A stretch of 64,000 nt of DNA from Minisyncoccota bacterium. GTDB taxonomy: Bacteria; Patescibacteriota; Minisyncoccia; Phycocordibacterales; UBA2100. Shown here in pieces: positions 30,349 through 42,483 of the stretch. How positions within the stretch are numbered: the first letter of the stretch is position 1; every line of letters starts with the position of its first letter. Both the position numbers and the translations under genes were made by a program. Under the pieces are notes generated by a model that ran no database searches, was not told the DNA's origin, and worked only from the letters and a program-made list of their open reading frames with translations. The stretch lies in contig DASSSZ010000005.1 of NCBI GenBank assembly GCA_035708165.1, positions 112,840-176,839 of the forward strand. Reading direction: 5' to 3'.

Positions 30349-30397
30349 CGGGTTGTGCAGTGGATACTGCAGCTGCGCGTTCCCGCGATAGGGTACA

Positions 30398-31474
30398 ATG
30401 AGAGCGATCGCTATGGACTACGCAGCCACGCTCCAGAAGTACACGAACGTCCTCTCGCATGAGGGCGGCTCCGATCTCCACTTCTCGGTCGGCACGCATC
30501 CTACGATGCGTATCGCAGGCGAGCTCGCCCCGCTCCTGAAGGAGCCGGTGCTCACGCCGAAGGATACCGAGGGCTTCCTCGCCGCCCTGGTGAACGACGA
30601 GCAGATGGCTGTGTTCCGCGAGCGCCAGGAGATCGATTTCGCATACCAGATGGATACCGGCACGCGGTTCCGCTGCAACGCGTTCTACCAGCGCGGCACG
30701 ATCGGCATCGCGATGCGCCTCATCGCCCGAGATATCAAGACCGTCTCCGAGCTCGGGCTCCCGCCGGTCCTCGAGACCTTCGCGCGGCTCCAGCAAGGCT
30801 TCTTCCTCGTGGTGGGGCCCGTGGGGCAGGGGAAGTCCACGACGCTCGCCGCGCTCATCGAGCTCATCAATACGGAACGCACGGAGCATATCGTCACGAT
30901 CGAGGACCCGATCGAGTACTCCTTCGAGCCGAAGCGCTCGATCATCGAGCAGCGCGAAGTCGGGATCGACTCGCATACGTTCGCTGCGGCGCTCCACTCC
31001 GCGTTCCGGCAGGACATCGACGTCCTCATGGTGGGCGAGATGCGCGATGCGGAGACGATGGGCGCAGCCGTGACCGCGGCAGAGACCGGCCACCTCGTCT
31101 TCTCGACGCTGCATACCAATAACGCCAGCCAGACGATCGACCGCATCATCGACTCGTTCCCGGCCGAGCAGCAGGACCAGATCCGGCTCCAGCTCGCCGC
31201 ATCGCTCGCAGGCGTCTTCAGCCAGCGCCTGATCCCGCGCGTCTCCGGCGGCCTCATCCCTGCGTGCGAGCTCCTGATCAACAACAAAGCGGTCGCGAAT
31301 CTCATCCGCGAGAAGCGGACCCAGGAGATCGACGTCGTGATCGAGACCTCCTCGCAGGACGGCATGATCGACATGAACCGCTCGCTCGCGGACCTCGTGC
31401 AGCGCGGCGAGATTACCGTCGAGGAGGCATACGCGCATTCGCTCACCCCGCAGGTCCTCGATCGCCTCATCTAA
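30398..31474 (+). CDS. pilT: twitching-motility retraction ATPase PilT
   Basis: Walker A VGPVGQGKSTTLAALI, Walker B/Asp box and a His box (HLVFSTLHTN). Confidence 0.9.
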   Translation: MRAIAMDYAATLQKYTNVLSHEGGSDLHFSVGTHPTMRIAGELAPLLKEPVLTPKDTEGFLAALVNDEQMAVFRERQEIDFAYQMDTGTRFRCNAFYQRGTIGIAMRLIARDIKTVSELGLPPVLETFARLQQGFFLVVGPVGQGKSTTLAALIELINTERTEHIVTIEDPIEYSFEPKRSIIEQREVGIDSHTFAAALHSAFRQDIDVLMVGEMRDAETMGAAVTAAETGHLVFSTLHTNNASQTIDRIIDSFPAEQQDQIRLQLAASLAGVFSQRLIPRVSGGLIPACELLINNKAVANLIREKRTQEIDVVIETSSQDGMIDMNRSLADLVQRGEITVEEAYAHSLTPQVLDRLI

Positions 31475-31487
31475 GCCGCCACCTCTC

Positions 31488-32693
31488 ATGCAATTCGCCT
31501 ACAGTGCCCTCGATTCTGAAGGGAAGCAACGCAAAGGCACCATCGATGCGGTGAACGAGGACATCGCGATCGCCGCGCTGCAGCGCCGCAACCTCATCAT
31601 CTCTTCGATCGAGCGCATGGATCAGCGCTCGTTCTGGGAGCGGGAGTTCTCCACGCTGAATCACGTGAAGAACGAGGATATCGTGATGATCAGCCGGCAG
31701 ATCACCACGCTCTTCGAGGCGCAGGTCTCCGCATTGCGCGCATTCCAGCTCCTCGCCGCGCAGGCGCGCACGCAGACGATCGAGCAGATCCTGACGGCGA
31801 TCGCGAACGACATCCAGGCCGGCAGCTCGATCGCCGACGCCTTGGGCAAGCACCACGAGATGTTCTCGGATTTCTATGTGAACATGGTGCGCGCCGGCGA
31901 GGAATCGGGCCGTCTCGACGAGACATTCAGCTTCCTCGCGAACTATCTCGACCGCAGCTACGAGGTGACCGCCAAGGTGCGCAACGCCCTGATCTACCCG
32001 GCATTCGTCATCGTCACGTTCGTCGCGGTGATGCTCCTCATGATGACCATGGTCATTCCGAAGCTCGCCTCGATCCTCGGCGACGTGGGGCAGAACGTGC
32101 CGATCTACACGCGCGTCGTCATCTCGGTGAGCCAGTTCATGCGCCACTACATCTGGTTCATCCTGATCGTGATGGCAATCGCGCTCATCCTCGCGGTGCG
32201 ATACCTGCAGACGGAGAAGGGACAGCAGCAGGTCGCGATGATCCTCCTCGATACGCCGTACGTCGGTGGGCTGTACCAGAAGCTCTATATGTCGCGCATC
32301 GCCGACAACCTCGCGACGATGCTTGCCTCCGGCATCCAGATGGTGCGCGGCTTCGAGATCGCGGCGTCCGTCGTGGGGAATCCCCGCTACGAGAAGGTGA
32401 TGCTCGAGGTCGCCGAGAAGATCAAGGGCGGCATGCCGGCGTCTGAAGCGCTCGCGCAGTACCCGGATATCCCGAAGATCATGAGCGCGATGATGAAGAT
32501 CGGCGAGGAGACCGGCAACCTCGGCAACGTGCTCGGCACGATGGCGAAGTTCTACCGCCGCGAAGTGGATAACGCCGTGGATACGCTGGTGGGCCTGATC
32601 GAGCCGGTCATGATCGTCGGTCTTGCCGTGGGCGTCGGCTTCCTCCTCGCCTCGGTCCTGATCCCGATCTATAACATCGCGGGCAGCTTCTAG
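31488..32693 (+). CDS. pilC: type IV pilus platform protein PilC (GspF family)
   Basis: Two GspF repeats and three TM segments. 401 aa. Confidence 0.9.
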   Translation: MQFAYSALDSEGKQRKGTIDAVNEDIAIAALQRRNLIISSIERMDQRSFWEREFSTLNHVKNEDIVMISRQITTLFEAQVSALRAFQLLAAQARTQTIEQILTAIANDIQAGSSIADALGKHHEMFSDFYVNMVRAGEESGRLDETFSFLANYLDRSYEVTAKVRNALIYPAFVIVTFVAVMLLMMTMVIPKLASILGDVGQNVPIYTRVVISVSQFMRHYIWFILIVMAIALILAVRYLQTEKGQQQVAMILLDTPYVGGLYQKLYMSRIADNLATMLASGIQMVRGFEIAASVVGNPRYEKVMLEVAEKIKGGMPASEALAQYPDIPKIMSAMMKIGEETGNLGNVLGTMAKFYRREVDNAVDTLVGLIEPVMIVGLAVGVGFLLASVLIPIYNIAGSF

Positions 32694-32756
32694 GCCCGAA
32701 AGAGGGGGATGCGGCCGGAAACTTATCCACAGCAGCGTTTCCGGCCTAGTCCGTGC

Positions 32757-32846
32757 CCTTCTATAATGTGAGGCACACCAGGTCGTGTGCCTCTAATTCA
32801 ATAAAGGCTTACTAATTACTCATTTCATTCCATTCATTTCATCTTT
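32757..32846 (+). promoter_or_regulatory. AT-rich promoter/leader region of the pilin gene with a TATAAT box and palindromes
   Basis: ttctataatgtgaggcacaccaggtcgtgtgcctctaattcaataaaggcttactaattactcatttcattccattcatttcatcttt. Local GC is far below the background. The inverted repeat ggcacacc/ggtgtgcc overlaps the -10-like box. Confidence 0.45.
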
Positions 32847-33305
32847 ATGAAGAATACCAATACGGGCGCACGAGGCTTCACCCTCATCGAGCTCCTCGTC
32901 GTGATCGCCATCATCGGCATCCTTTCGGCGGTGGTGCTCACGTCCCTCAACTCGGCCCGCACGAAGGCACGCGACGCACGGCGTCTCTCAGATCTCGCTG
33001 AGATGGCGAAGGCAGCGCAGATCATCGATAACGGGAAGGCCGTCTCGTTCGTCGGCTGCACGGCTGCGAATGCGGCAGTGACCACGTGCACCACGCCGGA
33101 TCTCAGCAAGTACAAGGATCCGGCAGGCGCAACGACGGCATGCACGGGCAGCTCGAGCGCTACGTGCGAGTACTCGGTCAAGGCAGCGAACTCGACGACT
33201 GAGAACTTCGAGATCTGCACCTATCTTGAGAACGGCGGGGGTCCGAGTTCGGGCGCCGGCTTGGTCAATGTGAACCAGGACGGTACGATCTCGACCGGCT
33301 GCTAG
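32847..33305 (+). CDS. type IV pilin (prepilin with class III signal, GFTLIELLVVIAIIGIL)
   Basis: Prepilin leader MKNTNTGARG|FTLIELLVV with Glu5. Two Cys pairs sit in the C-terminal half. Confidence 0.8.
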   Translation: MKNTNTGARGFTLIELLVVIAIIGILSAVVLTSLNSARTKARDARRLSDLAEMAKAAQIIDNGKAVSFVGCTAANAAVTTCTTPDLSKYKDPAGATTACTGSSSATCEYSVKAANSTTENFEICTYLENGGGPSSGAGLVNVNQDGTISTGC

Positions 33306-33322
33306 CCTCAGTAATCCTACGC

Positions 33323-33805
33323 ATGCATCCTATGAAAACAACGAACACAAGCAGCCGAGGCTTCACCCTCATCGAGCTCCTCGTCGTGATCGCCATCATC
33401 GGCATCCTTTCGGCGGTGGTGCTCACGTCCCTCAACTCGGCCCGCACGAAGGCACGCGACGCACGGCGCGAGTCGGACATGAAGTCGGTCCAGCTCGCAC
33501 TCGAGCTCGAGTATGACAAGAGCGGCGGGTACCCGACAGCGCTCACCGCTCTCGTGACAGATGATTTCCTCCCGAGCGTCCCGACCGACCCGTCGAGCGC
33601 GAATAACGGGTATGGATATGTAGCGCTCCCGAGCGGCTGCAACAACAGCTCGAGCATGTGCACCAGCTACGTGCTCGCGGCAATCCTTGAGGGTGGTGCT
33701 GGTGTGGTGCCTGACAACGCCTACACGGGCAGCCAGGCGATCACGATCGGCGCAACTTCAGCTAACTGCAGTTCGACGGCCGGCATCTACTGCCTCAAGC
33801 CGTAA
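33323..33805 (+). CDS. type IV pilin paralogue
   Basis: Leader ...SSRG|FTLIELLVV. The first ~114 nt of the mature-pilin coding region are identical to the upstream pilin gene. Confidence 0.8.
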   Translation: MHPMKTTNTSSRGFTLIELLVVIAIIGILSAVVLTSLNSARTKARDARRESDMKSVQLALELEYDKSGGYPTALTALVTDDFLPSVPTDPSSANNGYGYVALPSGCNNSSSMCTSYVLAAILEGGAGVVPDNAYTGSQAITIGATSANCSSTAGIYCLKP

Positions 33806-33840
33806 GGCCTGAGTGACAGAGTCCGTGAACGCTCCGCCAC

Positions 33841-34704
33841 ATGGCGGAGCGTTCGCATTGGTGGGGTATACTGAGCCGCGTGGACGCGTATCTCCTCTGC
33901 TTCTACGGCATCCTAGGGCTCATCGTCGGGAGCTTCCTCAATGTGCTCGTGCTGCGCACCGGCAGCGGGCGCTCGCTCGGCGGCCGCAGCTTCTGCGATA
34001 CGTGCGGGATGCAGCTCGCCTGGTACCACCTCGTGCCGGTCGGCTCGTGGATCCTCCAGCGCGGCCGCTGCAGCAGATGCAAGGCGAGGATCAGCGCGCA
34101 GTACCCGGCCGTGGAGGCGCTCACCGGGATCGCGTTCGCGGTGATCGGCTCCGCGATCCTGCCGATCGCCGCGACAGCGCTCGCGCTCCTCGCCGCAGCG
34201 CTCCTGATCGCGATCAGCGTCTACGACCTCAGGCACACGATTATCCCGGATGCCTGGTCGTACCTGCTCGCCGCGGTCTCGCTCGCGTTCGCGATCGCGA
34301 TCGCGCCGCCCGCCTCGCCCGAGGGCTGGCTCGCGCTGCTCGTGAGCGGGCCGGCGGTCGCGCTGCCGATCTACGCGCTCTACGCGCTCTCGCGCGGGTC
34401 CTGGATGGGGCTCGGCGATGTGAAGATCGCCCTGTCGTTCGGATGGCTTCTCGGCCCTGCGTGGGGTCTCGCCGCACTCATGGGCGCGTTCGTGATCGGC
34501 GCGGTCATCTCGGTCTGCATCCTCCTGCCGCTGCCGCGCATCGCGCGTGCGGCGCGCGCTCTCAACATGCCGCTCTTCGGTGCCTCGCGCGGGCGGTTTA
34601 CAATGACAAGCGAGGTCCCGTTCGGCCCCTTCCTCGCATGCAGCCTCTCTCTCGCCTGGTACGCACACTTCGTCCTGCACCTTCCCCTGATGGTGCTCTC
34701 GTAG
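33841..34704 (+). CDS. pilD: prepilin peptidase PilD (A24 family)
   Basis: GLIVGSFLNVLVLR...CDTCGMQLAWYHLVPVGSWILQRGRCSRC zinc-finger region. DL..HTIIPD and GLGDVK catalytic Asp motifs. Multiple TM segments. Confidence 0.85.
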   Translation: MAERSHWWGILSRVDAYLLCFYGILGLIVGSFLNVLVLRTGSGRSLGGRSFCDTCGMQLAWYHLVPVGSWILQRGRCSRCKARISAQYPAVEALTGIAFAVIGSAILPIAATALALLAAALLIAISVYDLRHTIIPDAWSYLLAAVSLAFAIAIAPPASPEGWLALLVSGPAVALPIYALYALSRGSWMGLGDVKIALSFGWLLGPAWGLAALMGAFVIGAVISVCILLPLPRIARAARALNMPLFGASRGRFTMTSEVPFGPFLACSLSLAWYAHFVLHLPLMVLS

Positions 34705-35354
34705 CGCGCCGGACACAGGGCGGCTTCACGCTGATGGAGCTTCTGGTGGTGACGGCGATCATCATGATCCTCTCCGCCGTCCTCTTGACGCGCAATAGCG
34801 CGTTCGGCGGCGTCATCATCCTGCGCAGCCTCGCCTATGACGTCGCGCTCTCGGTCCGCGAGGCGCAGACGTACGGCATCTCCGTGCGCCAAGCCACGAC
34901 GAAGGAGTTCTCGAATGCCTACGGCGTGCACTTCATCCCTTCGGCCGGCCTCACGAACGATTTCTACTGGCTCTATGCGGACGTGACGCCGAACGGGCAT
35001 TACGATGGCGGTACGCTCGGATCAGGCGGCGAGCTCGTCACGCGCTACTCGCTCGCGAGCGGGTATCGCGTCAAGGACCTGTGCGTGACGGATTACACCG
35101 GCAAAGAGACGTGCGGCCACTCGCAGGTGGACATCGACTTCCTCCGGCCCGAACCGGATGCCTGCATCGGCGCCGATGGCGTCGGCACGATCGCGCACGA
35201 GGGGGATGACCCGGCCGGCAAGCTCGTCTGCGACACGAGCGGCATCAAGTCATCCGACCGCACCTACCAGGAGGCGCGCATCGTGCTCCAATCGGCGGAT
35301 GGCAGCACGGCGAGCATCGTGGTCGAGAATACCGGGCAGATCACCGTGAAGTAA
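34638..35354 (+). CDS. type IV minor pilin/pseudopilin (GspH/FimT-like)
   Basis: GGFTLMELLVVTAIIMIL prepilin motif. The only upstream in-frame ATG (34638) gives a 28-aa leader and overlaps the pilD 3' end by 67 nt. The start is uncertain. Confidence 0.6.
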   Translation: MQPLSRLVRTLRPAPSPDGALVARRTQGGFTLMELLVVTAIIMILSAVLLTRNSAFGGVIILRSLAYDVALSVREAQTYGISVRQATTKEFSNAYGVHFIPSAGLTNDFYWLYADVTPNGHYDGGTLGSGGELVTRYSLASGYRVKDLCVTDYTGKETCGHSQVDIDFLRPEPDACIGADGVGTIAHEGDDPAGKLVCDTSGIKSSDRTYQEARIVLQSADGSTASIVVENTGQITVK

Positions 35355-35355
35355 T

Positions 35356-36024
35356 ATGAAGGGCATGCTGCAGCAGCAAGGGACCCGCAGGGTGACGCCG
35401 GCGCGCGTACGCGCCTTCGGCGGCATGGCACCTCATACGCGTGAAGCAGGCTTCACATTGGTCGAGATGCTCGTCTCGATCGCGCTCTTCTCCGTGGTGA
35501 TGCTCGTATGTACGGGGTCCCTGCTCGCGCTCGTCGCAGCGAATAAGAAAGCGCAGGCGCTGCATTCCGTCATGGAGAACCTCAACATCGCGACCGACAG
35601 CATGGTGCGCGCGGTCCGCATGGGCAGCGCCTATCACTGCGGATCGCTGGGCGACCCGAGCACCACGCGGGATTGCACGAGCGGCGATTCATACTTCTGG
35701 TTCGAGCCGTTCAATGGCTGGCCCGGTGAAGAGGTGTACTACTTCGCGGACGACGGGAACGGGATCGGACGCCTGTACCGGGCGGAGAGCACGCAGAGCG
35801 GCGTCGCGGCCAATCCGAGTACGGGCGTGCCCGTCACGTCGGCGGAAGTGAATCTCACGAGCGTCCAGTTCTTCGTCTATGGCTCGACGCCGCAGGAGGG
35901 GACGCAGCCGAAGGTCGTTATCATATTCAAAGGGGAAGCGAATACCGGAAATGCCAGCGACCCCACCTCGCAGACCTCATTCACCGTGCAGGCGACCGCG
36001 AGCCAGCGCGCCCTCGACCTCTAG
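35356..36024 (+). CDS. type IV minor pilin/pseudopilin
   Basis: AGFTLVEMLVSIALFSVVML prepilin motif. 222 aa. Confidence 0.65.
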   Translation: MKGMLQQQGTRRVTPARVRAFGGMAPHTREAGFTLVEMLVSIALFSVVMLVCTGSLLALVAANKKAQALHSVMENLNIATDSMVRAVRMGSAYHCGSLGDPSTTRDCTSGDSYFWFEPFNGWPGEEVYYFADDGNGIGRLYRAESTQSGVAANPSTGVPVTSAEVNLTSVQFFVYGSTPQEGTQPKVVIIFKGEANTGNASDPTSQTSFTVQATASQRALDL

Positions 36025-36027
36025 CCT

Positions 36028-36602
36028 ATGCAGCATCGAACCAATGAATCCGGCTTCACCCTGATCGAGACTCTGGTCGCGATCACGGTCCTGGTCATCG
36101 CGGTCGTCGCGCCGATGTCGCTCGTCGCGCAGAGCTTGACGGTCTCGTACTACGTCCGCGATGAGGTGACCGCATCCTATCTCGCGCAGGAAGCCATCGA
36201 GACCATCCGCAATATCCGCGACTCGCGCGTGGACCAGGATCTCCTTTCGGGTACGAACGGCGACCCCTTCCGCGACCTCGATGGCGGGACCGGCGGGACC
36301 GTCTTCACGAACAACAAGCCGTTCCGCGTCGATGCGCACATCATCGGGAGCGATTATGCCGATGCGCTCCTCTCGTGCAGCAGCACCTGCCCGCCGGTCC
36401 AGACTGACGGCACGTTCTACGGCTATGGCACCGGCTGGGCGAACACGCGCTTCACGCGCACCGTGACCGCGCACTACATCGACCCTGGTCCCAACACGGA
36501 TCTCCTCATCACCGTGACCGTTACCTGGCAGACCGGCGGCTTCGCCAGCCGATCGCTCACCCTGACGGAGAACCTTTATTCCTGGGCTGAGATCAGCACA
36601 CC

Positions 36603-36606
<4 letters not shown>
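36028..36606 (+). CDS. type IV minor pilin/pseudopilin (GspI/PilV-like)
   Basis: SGFTLIETLVAITVLVIAVV prepilin motif. Confidence 0.65.
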
Positions 36607-39435
<2,829 letters not shown>

Positions 39436-39446
<11 letters not shown>

Positions 39447-40857
39447 TCCTATGCCGGATCTCGACACGCTCACCATCACTGAGGCGCGTCGCGCGCTTGA
39501 CGCCCGCGAAGTGAGCGCGGTCGATCTCGCGCATGCCTACCTCGAGCGCATCGCGGAGCGCAACGAGGAGCTCAATGCCTACCTCGAGGTCTACGATGAC
39601 GTGCGCGCGCAAGCGGAAGCGGCGGACAGGATGATCGCGGAGGGCCGGGCGCAGCCGCTGACCGGCATCCCGATCGCGATAAAGGATAATCTCCTCAACG
39701 AAGGGAAGCGCGCGACCAGCGCCTCGAAGATCCTCGAAGGGTACGTCGCGCCGTATACCGCGACAGCGGTCGCGAAGCTCAAAGAGCAGGGCGCCGTGAT
39801 CCTCGGGCGCGCGAACATGGATGAGTTCGCGATGGGCGGCTCGACCGAGCACTCGGCGTACGGCCCTTCGCGGAACCCGCACGACCCGTCCCGCATCCCG
39901 GGCGGCAGCTCGGGCGGCTCGGCCGTCGCCGTTGCGGCCGGCCTCGCGCTCGCAGCGCTCGGCTCGGATACCGGCGGCTCCATCCGCCAGCCTGCGAGCT
40001 TCTGCGGCGTGGTAGGGCTCAAGCCCACGTACGGCAGCGTCTCGCGCTACGGGCTGATGGCGATGGGCAGTAGTCTCGACCAAGTGGGGCCTATCACGAA
40101 GACGATCGCGGATGCGAAGCTGCTCTTCGAGGCGATCCGCGGCCACGATGCGAATGACGGCACCTCGCTGCCGGACGGCTTCTATCCGGCGCCGGGCGCG
40201 CCGAAGCGGATCGGCGTGCCGCGCGCGTTCCTCGGCGACGGCGTCGATCCGGCCGTGCTCGACCGGTTCGAGGCGATGCTCGCCCGTGCGCGCGATGCAG
40301 GGTACGACGTCGTCGATATCGACCTGCCCGCGCTCGCGGCGACGCTCGCGGCGTACTACATCATCATGCCAGCCGAGAGCTCCACGAACCTCTCGCGCTT
40401 CGACGGCATCCGCTACGGATTCTCGGCCGAGGCCGAAGCCATCCAGGAGACGTACGAGGAGACGCGCGCGCGCGGCTTCGGGCCGGAGGTCCGCCGCCGC
40501 ATCCTCACGGGCGCCTTCGTGCTCTCATCCGGCTACGTGGATGCCTACTACCGACGCGCGCTCGCGATCCGCGAGGCGCTCCGCGATGAGCTGCGCGCCG
40601 CGTTCGCATCCGTCGATGCGATCGCGCTGCCGACCGCCCCGACCGTTGCCTGGCATATCGGCGAAGTCACCGATCCGGTCGCGATGTACGCGTCGGACAT
40701 CTTCACCGTCCCGGTGAACCTTGCCGGCGTCCCGGCCGTCTCGATCCCTGCCGGCACGGCCGATGCGGAAGGTACCGACATGCCGGTGGGCTTCCAGCTC
40801 ATCGCGCCGTGGGGCGCCGAGGAGACGCTCTTCACGCTCGGCGAAGAGCTCGCTTAG
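39436..40857 (+). CDS. gatA: Asp-tRNA(Asn)/Glu-tRNA(Gln) amidotransferase subunit A
   Basis: Amidase signature [14 protein letters not shown] and the Ser-cisSer-Lys triad region. The start may be the second Met (39451). Confidence 0.9.
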
Positions 40858-40904
40858 GCACAGCGGCTCTCTCAGGCGCGATCGGCCTTCGGTATACTAG
40901 AGCG

Positions 40905-41705
40905 ATGGAGTTCTCGACGAGCACGTCGGTCGCCATTCAGGATGGCATCCTCACGGTGCTCATTTTCATATCGAACCTCGTCTTCAAATGGGTGCCGGCG
41001 GCGATGAACGTGCTGCTCGCGCAGCTGACGGGGACGGCAGTACCGGCCGCGGTCACGAGCGGCACGGGGACGCAGGTCGGGCTTGAGGCGAGCAGCTACG
41101 CGCCGAGTGGCATCGAGACCGGCACGACCGCGCTCGGCAGTGCGGCGACGACCGCGCCTGCGACGCCTGCAGCCGAGACGATCTCGTTCGGGAGCCAGAC
41201 GCTGCATACCGCATGGAGCATCTTCGCGCCGCTCTCCATCTTCATCTCGCTCCTGATCGCGACCTGGGTGGTCTACGCGCTGATCCGGCTCTCCCAGGTG
41301 AAGCGCGCCGAGAAGCAGGCGCTGGCCGCAGTGAGGGAGCGCCCGACGCCGCACATCGCTGCACAGCCGGTCGAAGCCGGGCCAAGCGACGCGCAGAAAC
41401 GCTGGGCAAGGATCGAGACGCAGATCGCGAGCGATAACGAGAACGAATGGCGCCTCGCCATCCTCGAGGCGGATATCATGCTCGACGAAGCGCTGGAGCG
41501 CGCCGGCTATACCGGCGATACCATCGGCGACAAGCTGAAAAGCGCGCAGCGAGGCGATTTCAAGACTCTCGACCTTGCCTGGGACGCGCACAAGGTGCGC
41601 AACCACATCGCGCATCGCGGCACGGCGCACGATCTCAACCAGCGCGAGGCCAAGCGCGTGATCGGGGAATACGAGCAGGTATTCCATGAATTCAACTTCA
41701 TATAA
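40905..41705 (+). CDS. hypothetical membrane protein with a C-terminal helical domain carrying an Rx4H motif (HEPN-like?)
   Basis: Start MEFSTST at 40905. TM segments near the N-terminus and at IFAPLSIFISLLIATWVVYALI. C-terminal ...KVRNHIAHRGTAH.... Confidence 0.45.
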   Translation: MEFSTSTSVAIQDGILTVLIFISNLVFKWVPAAMNVLLAQLTGTAVPAAVTSGTGTQVGLEASSYAPSGIETGTTALGSAATTAPATPAAETISFGSQTLHTAWSIFAPLSIFISLLIATWVVYALIRLSQVKRAEKQALAAVRERPTPHIAAQPVEAGPSDAQKRWARIETQIASDNENEWRLAILEADIMLDEALERAGYTGDTIGDKLKSAQRGDFKTLDLAWDAHKVRNHIAHRGTAHDLNQREAKRVIGEYEQVFHEFNFI

Positions 41706-41758
41706 GCGCGGCGCATGCCTTGACCGGAGGCTCCGCGAGAGGTACCCTATGGATACAC

Positions 41759-41829
41759 AGCGGGGTGGAGGAGCGGTACCTCACGAGGCTCATAACCTCG
41801 GGACCCTGGTTCGAATCCAGGCCCCGCAA
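41759..41829 (+). tRNA. tRNA-Met, anticodon CAU, initiator-like (unpaired A1•A72)
   Basis: D-arm GAGG/CCTC. Anticodon stem CGAGG/CCTCG with loop CTCATAA. T-arm CCTGG-TTCGAAT-CCAGG. Acceptor AGCGGGG/CCCCGCA leaves positions 1:72 unpaired, as in bacterial initiators. Confidence 0.65.
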
Positions 41830-42190
41830 CAAGCAAACGAGAACCCGGCGCATGCCGGGTTCTCGTTTGCGCGGCGCGGGGAAGAAGGCAGCCTGCGCTG
41901 CCTTCGCCTGGATCCGAACAGGCGGAGCCGTATCGCGCGCAGCGAAGCGAGCACGATCGGCGAGCCCGGGGAGGAAGTCCTTAACGAGCGGAGCGAGTTT
42001 AGGAACTTGACCCTCGAATCCAGGCCCCGCAACAAGGAAACACGAGCGGCCATTCGGCCGCTCGCGTTCTTCGTATTTCTCGTAGGTGCGGGCAGGTGCC
42101 GTCCGGAGTCGACTTTCCAGGCCCACAACTGCTGCTCCACCCTCCAATAGCAACGATCCGATAGGCAAGCCTATCGGATCGTTGCTTATG

Positions 42191-42264
42191 CGCGAGTGAA
42201 GGGACTTGAACCCTCGGCCTCCGCCGTGACAGGGCGGCGCTCTAACCAGCTGAGCTACACCCGC
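42191..42264 (-). tRNA. tRNA-Asp, anticodon GUC
   Basis: Reverse complement folds as GCGGGTG-TA-GCTC..GAGC-G-CCGCC-CTGTCAC-GGCGG-AGGCC-GAGGG-TTCAAGT-CCCTT-CACTCGC-G. Confidence 0.85.
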
Positions 42265-42483
42265 ATTGAAACTGGGTCGCAGGTCTCCCGCAGCGGGGCG
42301 GAATGACTATAGCATAACCATGCCCCGCGAACACATCCGCATCAGGTGGATGCGAACGATGCGATTGTAGCAGAAAAAGCTTCCCGTGTCGTGTGCCGAG
42401 CGGCCATCCTGGCGGCCGCTCTACTGCGTGCACCACGTGCCGCGGGTACGGCTCTGGCGGGCGCGTCCGCCCTTGGTCTTGTG

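Noticed and set aside
25060-31489. Minus-strand ORFs across pilM, pilB and pilT (25060-25947, 28060-29496, 30314-31489, 30685-31470)
   Set aside because: Antisense to ATPase genes with canonical Walker motifs. High-GC artefacts.
41686-42168. ORFs 41686-42150 (+), 41720-42010 (+) and 41698-42168 (-) in the tRNA-Met/tRNA-Asp intergenic region
   Set aside because: They overlap tRNA genes and a hairpin-rich repeat segment. There is no RBS or motif support. This region is more likely non-coding (att-like scar).
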